A stretch of 64,000 nt of DNA from Tubiluchus corallicola (GCA_030141605.1 JAQGDQ010000048.1:124001-188000); one strand, 5' to 3'; shown: positions 28,110 to 43,221, counted from the stretch's first letter. Program-made: numbers and translations. Notes: a model not told the origin generated them from the letters alone.

Positions 28110-28202
28110 AGGTAAAAATGGCACAGGAAAAATGGCGTGATAAAAATGGCACAGGAAACAATGGCATAGGAAAAGACGGCACAAATGGAAAAATGGCACA
28201 GT
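28110..28202 (+). repeat. Short tandem array of ~14-15-bp AAAAATGGCACAGG units, probably a transposon subterminal repeat
   Basis: About six degenerate copies are visible. Confidence 0.6.
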
Positions 28203-31200
28203 TATACAAGATATGTATTTGGGGTAGGGTTACTGTGGGGAATAGGGAAAGCACTAAGGCTATTGCGCATAAACTGCTTAACAGATTTCCACGAAATTTT
28301 GTGAAGAATGTGTATAGGGGACAAGAAGGATGCATTTAGAAAACTTTTCGGAAAGAGGACTTGGCTGCAAGATAGGATAACTCTTTTTTGTTATCTAAAC
28401 ACCAGCCAGAACAAATGCGGACTAGTTCAGTTCCATTTCGAGAAATTTTCGCTTGAAAACTGAGTAACGCTATCTAAAAGTTTTGTTTATACAAGTATAG
28501 CCCTATAAGCTAACTTGCTGTGAAAAATAAGTATACTTGCCAGTCTATTATTGTCGCCAAATGGTTAAAGAAATTTAGACAAGTACTATGTGGAATGCTC
28601 GTGCATTGTTGATTGTAATTCCTTTTAACGAACAAAATATTTTGTGAGTCTTTTGCTTGTTTATATAATACTTATTCAAATACAAATCAAATATATATCT
28701 TTGTATACATTGTCTGGATTACTATCATAGTACACGCGCTCTGTGACTCTGTCATACATCACTCTTACAGAACAACTTAGTCGCCCAGGATTAGGGCTTT
28801 TTAAACATCATAGTAAGGCAAGTCTAATGGGGCTATATAGCAACCGTCCATCACCTCTTATTTAAGTTTTTCAGCTGAACACACATTTGATCGCATTTTA
28901 TGTTATTCAGTTTTACTATTAAAGACACTAATAATTTATTCTTAATTAATACTGTAATACTAGATTCTTGCAGCAGCCTGGTGACTTTCAGGAATAGGTA
29001 CTTGTGATTTGTACAATTTAAATACAGAAAGAGGGGTGCACTTTTTGCCTCATTTATAAAAAACTATTTCAAAACTATTCAATAATCAACAACACCGTTA
29101 AAATTAAGTTTTTTCTTTATACCATACATGAACATTTAGACACTTCTCCACTATTTACATCAATGCGGCACGTCTTGTTAACTGATCTAAAACAAAATCT
29201 TGATTTGATCTAAAAATGATAACGTTATACCTGAGATCCATCTTCTCTTTCCAGTCAGTCGATATCGCGTGATCTTGGTTGCAAGGTATTGCTTTTTCTT
29301 GTTTTAGTGCGTTTCATATAGAAATGCTGAGTTTACTCTTCTGACATTTGCTGGAATATAATTCGTAGCATATATTTTCTTAATCCCCATTTCATCTGCT
29401 GTCTTCATAGTATTGCAAAAGATGGCTTACTATATTTTTGTCGTGGAAGGGAAACAATATCGCCTCATAATCAGCATTTCCACTGATATCTAGCTTTCCT
29501 AACCTTAGTACCTTACGCAAGTAAAAGAGGTTTCGCTGGCATCTCCAAAATATTCAGCATCCTCTCACACTAGTCCAATGCTATGGAAAACTAGACCACG
29601 GAGCAACTGGGGTAAGCCTTATTTTAATACTGTGTTAGTGTTAGCTGACTCATACAAAAGCAATTGCTAATTGTTATTAACTATTATTTTTAATATAAAA
29701 CCCTGAAATCTTTCATCCTTCCTTGGCTAATTAATTAATTTTTGTTACTTAATTTCACGATTATGGGTTATAATGATGAAATACACTAGCAAGTGTTAAT
29801 TTTCTAAAAACAACCAGAGCGAACAAAAGGAATGGTAAAAAACGAAATTCAATCTGTATTTGAATCTGAGATCTTTGTACAGCAATCTGGGGAAAGGTAC
29901 AGACTACACAACCTATGCCGATGAAAACAGTCCTTAATTCAGTTCTTAATAATAGTTTCAATGCCTTAATTCAATCCGACTAGTTCAATCCACCAATCTA
30001 GCATGTTGATGTTAGTTAGGCTTGAAAACAGAGATTTCTGAAAATTTCCGTGACCGCGATTTTATATAGGAAAACAGGGCAAAGTGTAAATGCTAAGTCG
30101 TTTTACTTATATCTGATTAATGAAAAGGTGTGCAGAATTACCCATCTTCCCTTCAGTGACGTTGTCTTTCCTGCTTCTTACAAAAATGTTAGTTAGTTTC
30201 AAGGATCAGGAGTAGTAACAAGGGTCTTTGTTTAAACTTTATTTTTTATCACTTTGCCCCAGTATATAGGTAAAATGAAATACGTTATTGAGGGAAAAGG
30301 AATGAATGGTTTTCAGCAAAAAAGTTATTTAATAGGTGACTGTTATAAACTATTACCGCTTTGACAAACAGATCCTGCAACTCAAAAAATATTCAATTTT
30401 CAGCATTTGCGCTTTTCTGGTAATTAGCTCATATTTAGCGCATAATTGACATTCATAAGTTCTTGAATAGGCAACACTTTACAAAAACATCAGGAAATAT
30501 ATATACTACTGTCTACAAGAAAATTGTCCATAACCGGAAATTTCACAAAGCTTTCTTACTGAATGATTCTGGAAATCACCGCCATATGCATCAAAATAAA
30601 GCTGACCGTTATATCTAGTCTCAGTGCAGATGCGTCTCGGGAACTGCTTTTACTTATTTTTGTTTTAACGCTTTCTAGAGTACATCTATTATGTGTATGT
30701 TACCGGGACAAGCATATAATTTGTAAATAGTGGATGCAGCATAATAATTTATGTAATGTTTATAAATACTTACTAAGGCTAGCTAATTAGTAGAAAATAA
30801 AAGTTGCCAGCTTTTAAAACATCATAGCAAAATTTGTACATTTGCCCTAACCGGGACAACCAACGCTGGGAATGTCCAAAAACCGGGATATATAAAAGCT
30901 GTTCCCGTCTACGAACACTCTGAAATGGTCATTGTAAGCTTGCTTGTTGTTTCTCTATTGAGCATTTTGTTGCTTTTAATCTTGGATTTTTCACTCCATT
31001 GATTGTAAGGGCAGACAAATGAAAGGCAAGCAAAAGATATTTAGACATAAAATAAGTCTGAAAGTAAATTCATATTTACTTATTTTCTGGAGTTCTTTGA
31101 GCATTGTGATTCAACAATAATCACCATACTACCAAAATATAACAGTATGTGGTTTATTATTTGTAGATGAAGTCACAAAACTAGATTTAATATTTTCTTT

Positions 31201-31409
31201 GCCCTGGCTTTAGCGTAGATGCCAAATTCCGCTTTTGAGGGCAAAGTCCTAAACAAAACTTAATGTCCACCAACCATCCACATACCGGAACTATATGTCC
31301 ACCAATCTAGACTGATTAAAGAATAATTAGCCTATATGTCCGCTAAAATGCAGTAAAAATGCGTTTCCATATTGTATTTGTTGAAGAGAATTCTTAGATA
31401 ATCAAATGT

Positions 31410-31560
31410 TGTTGCTGTTTGGTGGTTTGTTTGTCCGTTTGCTTGTATGTACGTTTGTTTGTTTGTTCGTCTGTACGTATGTCTGTTTGTTTGTTTGTAT
31501 GTTTGCATGTATGTATGTGTGTATGCTTGTTTGTTTGTTTGTCGTTTATTTGTTTGTTTA
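31410..31560. repeat. Degenerate (TTTG/TATG)n tetranucleotide tract
   Basis: Visible; it explains the spurious hydrophobic ORFs at 31406-31666. Confidence 0.8.
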
Positions 31561-34500
31561 TCGAAATGTCTTCATTAATGAATATTCGTTTTGTTCCACT
31601 GTTTTACTTTTTAATTTTACATTTGTTACAGGCTGCTACGATTTTATAATTTCTAGTTGTAGCTAGTTTCTAAGTGAATCACTTATCAAAAATGACGAAC
31701 ACGGGTCAACAGCGTTCACATCACACGTTTTGAACAGCGCAAGCTACCTCTAATGTATTTTTGTCTTCGTTTGAACGGGTTATCCGTTAAATATCTGGAA
31801 ATCTTAATTGGGTGAAAAACGCGCACAGCAATAACCTCAGCATCCATAGGTCTTGTGATAATTACATAGTACGTACGTTCGGCTTCTAAGAGGAGCTTCT
31901 GTGAAACCTGATAACGTGTGGCCTCACATAACACGAACTATCTCATTAGAAGTAATTACATGGAAACAGAAGGCTTCTAAGTGAAATGGCTTACGTCTCA
32001 TCGTCGCGATCTCGTTATACGACGATACGTAATAATCGTAATTACACGTTAGAAAGCTTTACGCAGAGGCGCAAGAAAAATGAAGCATGGAATTGCTTTC
32101 ACAAAATGAGAAAATTTGCGTAAAAAATCAATGTCTTCGCAATAACTCAAGCATATAGAAACTGCATTTCTCGCATGCAGAAACCACGCGGTTTTTTTCG
32201 AGCGTCCAGCTGCTCTAGCATGCAATTCAGGTTGCAATTTAATCAAATTACAATTAACAAATTTAATATTTAGAGTAGTCATAAACCACTTCACAGTTTG
32301 ACAGAAATACATTAATTGCATGCATATGTTACATTTTCACGAATATAACCACTACTGTTACCTCAGTAAAACAAAAAATTGTCTATTTGATAAAAGAAGA
32401 TAAGACGGACTGAAAACTAAAGTAATTTTGTACTGAAATGCGTTAATCGTTGTTCACTAAACAAGAAAGAAGAACTTAAGCTGTTCAACCGTGAGAAGTC
32501 CGCACGATAATGGAACATGCTGCATTTCTACCAAGCGGCAAAAATTTTTATGCCTGACGCACAGCTTATGCCAGGCGGCAGAATTTCTTACGAGGAACAC
32601 GATTTCTTACGTAGGGCGTCTGTGTGAAATGTACCGTAGAAAGCAATGTGTTCCATTTTTGTGAGAAATGCCACAAAGAATTTTTTCTTGAGAAATTTTG
32701 CTGCGTATCTTTTGTGTGAAATGGCCGCATAATCAAAGGAGGTAAATTTTAAATTTATAGCTAGTATGAGGATATAATAATAATGAATTAAAATTCTCTG
32801 TATTTTACGGCCACAGTTATCGAACTCACGACGTCTCAGACAGAAAGCGGACGCAATACCACTAACCTCTACCGTCTAGTCTAAATTATAGACGCGTTAC
32901 CACTGATTTATTGTGTCTAGTTCTGTGAATAGACCTAATAATTTTAACTGTGGATGTCATAATAATTACATTCAAAACAATAATAGCGTTCTAGTGCAAA
33001 GTGCACTACATGTATTAAAATAATAAACAGCTAACAAATACAAATATTATGTTTTATGTAGTGTGCATGTGTTAACACATTACGTTAGCCGTATATAATT
33101 TTTTTCGTGGACATAAAAGCGAGTGTCTGGAGGCAGCCCTCCCAGGGTAAACAAATTGTAAATTTTTGGACAATAGCTGTTTAATTAAGAATTCAAAAAT
33201 TGCTTACCTAATACACCACCTCTTTTTACTGGCTGCAATTAAAGTGCTTCTTTAGCTTTTAATAATTATAAAGTTAATAATAGTACCTGCTGTCAAATTT
33301 AGTTCACTAAACCACGTGTTATGTTGAGTACAAATATGTAGGAAATAAGTATCCAGTATTAAACAACGGAAATCGCTCATATTAGGTTGGGCAACTTGGA
33401 AAATTTTCAGGTCAAACTTATGAAATCTTCTCCCCTACGCCTATGATAAAAACTGACGTTAAATTAAAAAATAGTTAACAACTATAACCTATAGTGCCAT
33501 GTGGAGCTAAAAATTGTGCAACTAAAAGTTACAATCTCGGCTCATACTTTTAGTTGCGCAACTAGTTTGTAATATACTGTTTTCAACGAAAGCACGCAGA
33601 CATGCAATTTTTAATTGCGCAACTTTAAACCAAACACAAAGGTTAAGCCTAAGAAGAAGGCAATGTCTTATGAAAAGGGACCATTAAATGACAAAACTGG
33701 TAAGAGAAAAACAAACTGACGAAGGTAAATCATTCTTACTGTTTTTGTTATCATCTTTTAAGAAATTCACTGACAAATTTGGAAATTGGAGACCAAAATA
33801 ATTAGGAACTTGGAAAGTGAACAGCGCCATGCAAACATGTCTTAATACACTGTATGTACAAGCAATTAATTCATTTTTGCTGCTCAACTGCTCCATTTTT
33901 TCTCTACTACTGCGGTATTTCACAATGACAGATGCCACTTACAACTATTATCTCTAGGTCTGTCAATGAAGCCTAGCCTATGCCTATGCAATGTGTCAGA
34001 CGCACTTAGAAATAAGGTTCACTCCTTTCCCAAGAATTATACGAATTGTAAATTGGATAAAATTCGCACTACTAATTACTTTAACCGTTTCGTAATAACT
34101 GATATGGTACCGTAAGTCTACAGGCAGCATAAAAAATGTCTTGTCATTAATCAGTGATTGGGTAATAATGATTAGGTAAGTCCAAAAGGCCCGCGTCTAC
34201 TTCTCTTTTTCTAAATTAACAACACACAAATCACAATTCCATAGTCCCAGATGCGCAATTACTGGTTGTATGTCTGCGCTCCCGGTTTTGGTGCATGAGA
34301 AAAATTGCTGCAATTTTCAGTTGCGCAACTAAAAGATGTGCAACTAAAGATTGCATGTCTGCACGGAGCCTAAAACTTTATCCGTTTACAATTATACACT
34401 TTAAATCCAAGTTATAATTGCTATTAACGTCATGTTCATTCAAATCATTATTACATAATAATAAAACATTTACATTGTTTACAATAAACAAATGCTACAA

Positions 34501-35281
34501 AGTAACAACGGGCATCAGTGAACCTTACGGCATCCTGAATAAGCTACTTGTGAGCTAGGCAGCTCATGAACTTTTCTGTTCCATCATTGGAGCTAGAGCC
34601 GTCATACCGGATACAGTTTTTACTTCCTGTTGTTGTCTCCTGATTTTTTCAATACATGACTTACATACGTTCAAGTGCTCCAGTTCAGTGACAACTTGAC
34701 TCTGAAAATATTAATTTTAATTTTACTCAGAAAGGGAAACAGTAGCGGTTGCAACATTAAAGATAGTCTAGGTGCAATATTTATCTTACAACCGCGTGCG
34801 AATAAGTGTAGCAATATTTGTAATGACTTTTTCCACATTGCATTCAATAATACTAAATAATATCACACGTCAAACATTAGTATTCATATTTTGTAGTATT
34901 TTATATTTTGAAGTTTTTAATACGAGTCACTTCTTTCAATAATACTGTAGAGTGCCTGTATAAATTAACAATAATTGCTTCCTGAAGAATCTATTTTTAC
35001 AAAAACAAATTAATAAAAAAATAAATGAGGAGAAATTTTCAAAAATATTACACAAACATTTATTTTAATGCCGTTTGATGATCTAGTAAAATGTACTTAG
35101 AAGGAATTTGCTAAACTTTCAGAGGAAGTCAGGTCTGCGAAAGAGTCACAAAGTCCCTCGGTGATGTTAATACAACACGTTTTATGCATAACTACAAAAT
35201 ATTTTCAGCTACTAATATAGAAGCATTTGCGTTTTTATACGTAGTTAATAAGTCAAGAATTGTACAATTGGGAATAAGCGC

Positions 35282-35400
35282 CATCATCATCATCATCGTC
35301 GTCGTCGTCGTCATCATCGTCATCATCTTCTTCTTCTTCTTCACCATCATCATCATTGTTGTCGTCATTATCATCACCATCGTCATCAAAATCATCATTA
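35282..35400. repeat. Degenerate (CAT/CGT/CTT)n microsatellite
   Basis: Visible trinucleotide mosaic; a similar tract lies at 38005-38080. Confidence 0.8.
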
Positions 35401-35538
35401 TCTGGAGTAACAGCGTGTAGCAATATCACTGACAACTACAAATCATTTTGAGCTTGTGGTAGCAAAAACAGTAACAGCCATAACGACGTTCGTAATGCAA
35501 CGTCACTAAGAAGAAAAAAACAGAGACATTTCACTCAC

Positions 35539-38500
35539 CAAAGACAGTTTAGGGGATAAGTGACTTCTTGAACTCAACGAAGTCTGTCCCCGCACAGTGC
35601 TCGGCATAACGACAGAAGGTGTGACCTGATTGCTACGTCGCATCTTATTCGTCATGTTATCAAGGATGGAATGATCAACATCATTACCATGACCGCTAGC
35701 TGCTAGATAAATCTGTAAAAAAGGATTTAAAAATATTTTGCAAATAAAAGACAAAATCTAACTTGCAAAAAAAGACAAAATTATTACATGAAATAACAAT
35801 TAGGGCACTAAGCTATGCAAACTCATCACTCTAATTGTACTTGATTTTAACTAAACCTCTTGTAAACAGTCATATCAAAACCGGAGCAGAGAGGAGTTGA
35901 ACTATTTCACAGACCAAAGGCATACGTCGGAAGGTCATTTCAAGATCACACAAGGTAAACTAGATTACTTGGTTTAGATGGAGTCAATTTTAAACTGCGA
36001 AAACTATTGTTACTAAGGAGCCTCGTTATTCGCCCTTAGGCCTGCTCAAGATTCTACAAAATGTAGGCCTATGGGCAGGGCACTTTATTTATGACTTTAG
36101 TCATAAATTGCATAAATAGCTTATTTAATACTAATTTCAGATTTTATTTATGACTATTTATGACGTGTCAAATTTTGACCAAAAATGCCATCCTGAGCTA
36201 AAAGAAATACATATTTTTAATCAGAATCTTGTATTTTGCCTTTCTTCGTTCTTCATTACATTAAAATGTAATAAAAATGTCTACTTTCATCATTCCAAGG
36301 CCTGAAGTTTCTCGTATTGTTTTGCATGCAGGCATCCCTCCAGACTGAAATCCGTGATCGTGTTTATAATAATTATAGTATCGGTTTTAATTTGTTTAGG
36401 ATGACCTATAAAATTACTGCTCATAAAAATCAATCTATTAATTAATTCGTACAGTCACAATTCGTAGCCACAATTAGTACAAGTAAATAATGTATTTTTT
36501 TAAATATCGATTTTAAATTTAATGTTGGAAAATACTATTGGCTATTACATCTTTCTAGGGAACCGTCGCGTATGTTTTCTAATTAAAATTACATTAAGCA
36601 AAATAACTAAACAAGAAAAACAGTTAAATTTTAATGACAATGAAGCAACAAATTCTCCCAAAGATAAAATATGCTCAAATTCTAGCAGACGGCATTATTC
36701 TTATTTCTTGAGGATGAGGCAGTAAGGCACGGGAAACGCTTGCGGCAAACTCGAGCTAAAACCTACACCCAAGCCATTGACTTACGCCGCTTAGGGGTAA
36801 GCATCGAAGTTCGGTTCGATTCGAATTCGAAAGTCACAAATTCGGTTCGATTCGAATTCGCTTTCTGGTAGAGAATGCTCACCCCTAACGCCGCTAGGAT
36901 GAGAAAGGCACTGAAATGAACGTGCAAAGAAAAGAATTAGAAGTGTAGATTTCTATTATTGTGCAGAGCGTAGGTTTGAGGCGGCAGAACTTTAGGACAT
37001 TAAAATAGGTAAGCTGTCTTTAATTCAAATTTTCGATGGAACGACAACGATTCTGTCGGTGCCTATTTATTTTTTCGCGGTAACGCGCTCATTTACTTTT
37101 TATTATTTAGGTTACTTCTAGACGAGTTAATGACAGATAAACGCATCAGTTAGACAGTCTCAGTTACTGTGTTAGTCCACCAAACAGTCACGCGCAAGCT
37201 TCTTATGGACTGCCTGTGTGTGTGGGAGAGAGAGAGAGAGAGAGACGGTGGAAACAGTTTTCTGTACTGAATTTTTTGTTCCATTCATCGGGAAATGATT
37301 ATTTTTCTTTCGTTATTTATGACAAATTTGAAATCTTATTTATGACTATTTATGACTATTTTGCAAGAAAAGTCATAAATAAAGTGCCCTGCCTATGGGG
37401 CTTCAATTAAGAAAGTAATAGCTGGGGCAAATCTTTGTCATTTTGTTAAGACTATTTAACGAACTGAATTACGCTACAATACATACCATTAATCATTATT
37501 AGAAAATTATAAATATCATTATTATACCTTTGGTAGGAAAATTAAACATTGCGTAACAGTGACTTGTATTTGCAGTTCTAACATAAATACCATGTAGCTC
37601 ATATCTGGACCATAAGAAATTGCGACAAACATTCTGGAAAAATTAAGTTGTCAGTCCAAAACACATAAATCAAGTAAAAGAATAACAAAATTGTTAAATT
37701 AAAAAAGCCCCGTAATTACAAATCGTGTTACATTTAGTAATTATTAGTAATATTTAGACAATTTAGTAATCTATGAACAAACCGATTAAATGGTTTAAAA
37801 ACGCGAATATGAATATAATGATAAAATACCTTATAATTATTAAAAATGTGCCGACGATAACTGTGTTATATATGGACCATGAGATGAACTTGCTTTCATT
37901 AAAGCTAGATGGTGCTTTCCTTACAATAAAGCACAAGTAAACGCCCCAAAGCAGAAACAGAAAACGAGCTGAAAAGAAAACAACTATAGTACATATCATC
38001 GTTACCATAATCATCATCATCATCACTCGTAACCTTTGTATTCGTCGCAGTCATCATCATCATCATCATTATCGCCATCGTTGTCGCTATCACCAGCAGT
38101 GCCTTGTCACTGATGCCACCACTATCACCACAACGCAAGCTAATAACAACACCTCAAAAATTCATTTGCAATTTCGGACAAGAAGCATGAATATTTTGCT
38201 ACACGCTACACTTCATTGACGTTGGAGGCAGCTTGTTGGACGCATGGCTTACGTCGAGTAATCGACGTCAACAAGTCCTAATTTTGCTTTCACTTACCAA
38301 CTGTTCCTGCATGGTCCCACCAACTGATTATACAGTCTTCATACTTGAGGCCGCTGTTCGTGACGACAACAGTTACATCACCTGCGTGACCTGACACGCA
38401 CCAAATCACCAAGTATAGACAAGGTGAAACGATGATCGGGAGAAACCATTTCAGCAATGCCCCGTCAGTGATTCGTAGAGGGCGTGCAGACTTTACACGG

Positions 38501-41500
38501 AATATATTGGCTATTCTGAAATGTTAAGTATTAAATTGCTACTATAGCCTCATTATTTTGCACAAGAACGAAAATTTAAAAACGTATAGAACAACCTTTT
38601 TGATTTTTAGCAATTTAAGTGATAGTGTTTAGGTTAAAGCAAAAGCTTCCGAGGCAATCTACTATTTGGCGCTTGACGACCTAACTCGTCGTGCAGTATT
38701 AAAAATGGAATTTAAAAACTGCTACATATTGGATTGAAATTAACTATACTGATAATTATAAACCTTTTTGGTGCTATTTTGGATTTTATTTTTTAATATG
38801 AGAAAGCTTTTTGCATCCTAAGCTAAAATTTACATTGCATCCTAAAATGGCAAAAGAGGGGACATTCAAACGACCACCAGTCAAAGGACCACCGGACAAA
38901 GGACCACCAGTCTGACAGCAGCTTTAGTAAAATTGCAACTTTAACTTACCGATAATGTTTATTTAATAAAACGTGATTGATAATTTTTTTGGTGATAATA
39001 TTAATGATTGATAAACCTCTTACAATTATTTTATATTATTTTTATTTAAAATTTATTTTAAAATACACAGCTTTGTAAAAAATGTACGAAACATGTACAA
39101 CATGTCAACATCTCTATGTTGTTGCTTGAAAATAGCAAATTATCATTTATTAAAAAACGACGATGACAGTGGTTTCATTAAATGTGTTTACTGGGTGTAT
39201 AATTATGAATTATTAAGATGGTATCAATGAAGGTATGCAAAAATTGTTAGTAAAAACTAAAATAAATTCCATTCCCCGTACATACATTTATTTTTCGAAC
39301 TCGAAAACTGAAGTACGTGACGAAAAGTCTGAAAATTGTTGGAAACTCTCAAAATGCACCAAGTCTATTCAAGGCTCCTGTCGCGACTTGACAAATAAAA
39401 TTCAAACAAAGGTCAGTGAGTGCTTGCATGTTTTGGATAGAATAAAATTCTTAAACTGCTGAGAATTTGTGACAAGAGCTGTTTAGATTAACCCCTACCC
39501 CCACCCCCAACACACACGCACGCACACTTCACTGATTTCCTGGGTTATCATGAGAATAACTGCTGAAATGTTGCAATATTTCACAAAATAAAGGTCCACG
39601 TTTGCTGAATTTTAGTGTGCGTTATTAAACGTGGACGTGCACAAGTAAAAGTTAACGGCTGTCTTAAAAATTTATTTTTCAGGCAACGAGCCTTCAATTG
39701 CTGACAACAACCCAAGGATAAAAGAAATAAAGTAAGACAACATATGTCCATCCTCGTCCACTGTTATGACCTACATGTAAGTCGAAAGCAGTTCAATGTT
39801 GTTACCTATAAGCGAGTAAAAAGCGGGTTCACATAAAAATAACTCGAAATCGGATTCCTAAAATAATTTCTCAGGGAAAAGCAGCTTTATTTATTATCGC
39901 ATTGCACCTTAATCTTTCTGCTTTTACACGAGCTTTCACTTCTAGCAAATAGAGTAAATACCATCACCACAGTCAACAGTTTCTTCCTGCTACAAATGTG
40001 GGATGATAAGTTAGACCACTCTAGAGGATGAGACTGAGTTTTGCTTACCGCATTTTGACTGTGTATTAATTTCTGGCCTTTGCGGATTACTATTCCTGTT
40101 CGCAATCACTTGTAAGCATTATACTGACTAAATTTTATTTCTCTAGCTTTACAATTTAAACCTATTAAACAGTGAACAGTAAGGCAGGTGGAACTAGACA
40201 GCTTCACGTTTTACTGTTGCAAAAGACAAAGATTTTATGAGGCAGTATCTGCTTCTGTAACTTTCCCCAAATAAATCATTTGTAAATTCTATGGAAGATA
40301 AAACCATACATCTGTAGGATAAAAATTTAACTTTGACTATCAACATAGCTAACATTTTAATTCCTTCAAAAATTGGAGAAAGTGTTTTAGCAGTTGTTCT
40401 TTCACGCATACTACTTATTTTAAAAAGAAAATGACAAATATATAAATAAAGAAACAACTAAACAAATAAGAATACCTATGCGTCAGTACATACATTAAGC
40501 TGACGTTTTAAGAGTACATATACTACTTAAGTCTATAAGTTTGTCGTTCTGTTTTCATTGTTTTGTTTCTCTATATCACTCTATGTATATTTAATGTCGC
40601 TAATAAAAGTCATCAACGATTGATTTTTCATTCAATCATTCATTAATTTTTCACACATTCATTCATTCTTTCTTTCTTTCCTTCCTTCCTTTTTTCTTAC
40701 TAGTCTTAGCTAATCTGATTTACTTACTCCTTACACATTTAATTTTTGCCATGTGTTACGATACATTAATTATGTCGTATGTTGTCCATACACTTGTGGC
40801 TTACCTGAGACAGCATTATTAAATTTTGGTATATAGCTACAAGCAGTGTCAAAACGGAATCAAAAATTGCGGATCTTCTATTTTATTACCACTTTGTGAC
40901 CGAGCTTTCGTTTCTTGTTGTATTGTGATGTAAGTTTTATCCTCCCTAAAGATTATATTATGAGGAAATTCATGCCTAAACAACCTGGTTTCAACTTTTC
41001 GATGAAGTAAAAAATCTTTCATTTCTCACCTCCATGTTTTCAATAACAGAGCGCCGTAGAGCAAGAAAAATCCAATATAATGAACCCAGATGCGTGTAAG
41101 ACACAACGCGTATGTTGGACGGAAATACATGATGATACCCTAAAAACAAAACTTACAGATGAAATATTTTGCCAATTAAGCAGTGTCATGTAGTTGGACG
41201 ACTGTGCTGAATTATACTAGGCAGTAAATATCTTTTGATCATCGAATTAGCACCCAGGGTCGACTGAACCACTTAACAAGAAAAATTAAACAGAAATGTC
41301 CACAGGGATAAATATATGGTAGTGGCTGGTTCACAAAAGGACCAGAACGGCTGACGAAAAAGGTCAATAAAAAAGTAGACCGAAAATTTTTTCCAAAAAG
41401 ACCCATCCAAAAGATGGATATGGAGGGTCGACCTAAATGGTCAAGAAAAATGTTGCCTATTGTAGCAATTGCGGCGCATTGCTTTTGCTACTGTAGTTGT

Positions 41501-43221
41501 TATTGTATTAGTGGTACTGTTATCGTTGTTGCCGACATTGTTCGCATTGGCGGTAGCCATGATGTTGGTGATGATGGTGGCTTTGGCAGTTTGTTGCTGC
41601 TGCTGATGTTGATGTTGCTCCAGTAGTTAAATAATTTGTTCGGTTTTAAAAGATTATAAGGTAGACTCATATAAGGTAAGATTATAAGGTATCTCGGTAC
41701 ACAGTAAAAGGTCGACCATTTTCTTTTGCTTTTTGCCGTTCAATTTTTTGGTCAACTTAATGACCTTTCTCAAAGCAGCCCAGACCAACCTTTCCGTTAA
41801 TTTTGGTTGACTTTGCCTAGTCGCCTTGTCGATCCACGACACAAAATGGCATTTTACTTGACCACCAAATGTAAAACATAATATTCAACTTTGCTGTAGT
41901 ACGTACATTCTAATGATGCTCACCATTACGCATAGAAGAGCTGATCCTAAGCACATTATGTACAAGAAAACAGGAGATGAAGCTTTAAACACCTGAAGTA
42001 AAAAACTATTAACATTACAGAAATTATTTCAACGATTTATGTAAAGTTTTATCTTCACATCTTGTGCAATAACATAAACAAAAAGAAAATTACTTTAACA
42101 ATGGGTGCACTTCATCATTTTTCCATAGAATACATGAAGTTTTTATTATTCATTTTTTTTATTGTAATTCTTTATTTTGAAAAACTATGTACAATATACA
42201 TTCCCTCTATTTGTAGAGGGAAGCATGAAGTTTGGCGTTATAGCAGCCAGAATTGCAGACAAACTCCAAAAAGTAATGGTAAAAATTGCATAGAAACGTT
42301 CTAATAAATAATTATGCGTATTTTATCGACTTTATTATTGCAAATTGCACATTGGCTAATTAATTTTGCTTATTGTAAACATATTATTCGTAACTGCCAT
42401 AAATGCCAGTAATGAGGAAAACTTTGCCATATAAACTGGTAATTAATAAATTTCTGAAACCAAATAATGACCGAGGTGCAGAAAAGTTGAAACTGAGGTT
42501 TGAACCGGCCACCTTTGATTACAAGTATGATGCGTTTTCTGCACGAAACGGGCATAACAAACTTGATGTCGATAGCAGTGCCACCCTATCTAATGTGAAA
42601 GTGCTCTAACAAACCTTGAGCTCCTGCCTTGAGCGAGTTATCAGCACAAAGCAGAGAGTGAGCAACAATGAGAAACAAATGATGGCAAGATAGATAGCTC
42701 TGTGAGTAAAATTCCATTCCACCAAACATGGCGTATTGTCGACGCATGTGTCACAACCTGGTGGACAAGGCACACAGGAAAAATCTTTCAAGTATCTAGA
42801 AGAATAAACGTTGCTCATTCAAATTTGCAGACGTTCAAAGTTCCGAAAATTAGTATATTTCCCAAAGTAGCAGGCTTACAAAACACACGCGGAGTAATGT
42901 TTTTAAGATAAGTCTGTTGATTTTCTAAACGTATATTGTTACTGTGAATGGTCTATGATCATAATTCTTGCGTCATAGGGTGACGCGTATATTGAAATGC
43001 TTTTATAATTGCTAATACTAACAAAGGGTACCACCATTCTTATGAATTTTTAAGCATGCACTCAGATACATGCAAAGCTTGAAACAACCAGAGCCGTATG
43101 AAAAGATTATCACTTTCAGATCTCTTTGTGTGAATTTTTTTTTTTTTTTTTGTAACGTTCATTTTAGTAGGAGAGATAAAAAATAATGTTGTTGTTGTTG
43201 TCGTTGATGATGGCAATAAAA

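Noticed and set aside
35253-35435. Poly-Asp ORF as a GPCR exon
   Set aside because: It matches the (CAT)n microsatellites found repeatedly in nearby introns.
39900-40690. Possible old L2-like 3' fragment with a (CATT)n tail; similar hints at 29200-29600
   Set aside because: Too degenerate to give a supportable translation.
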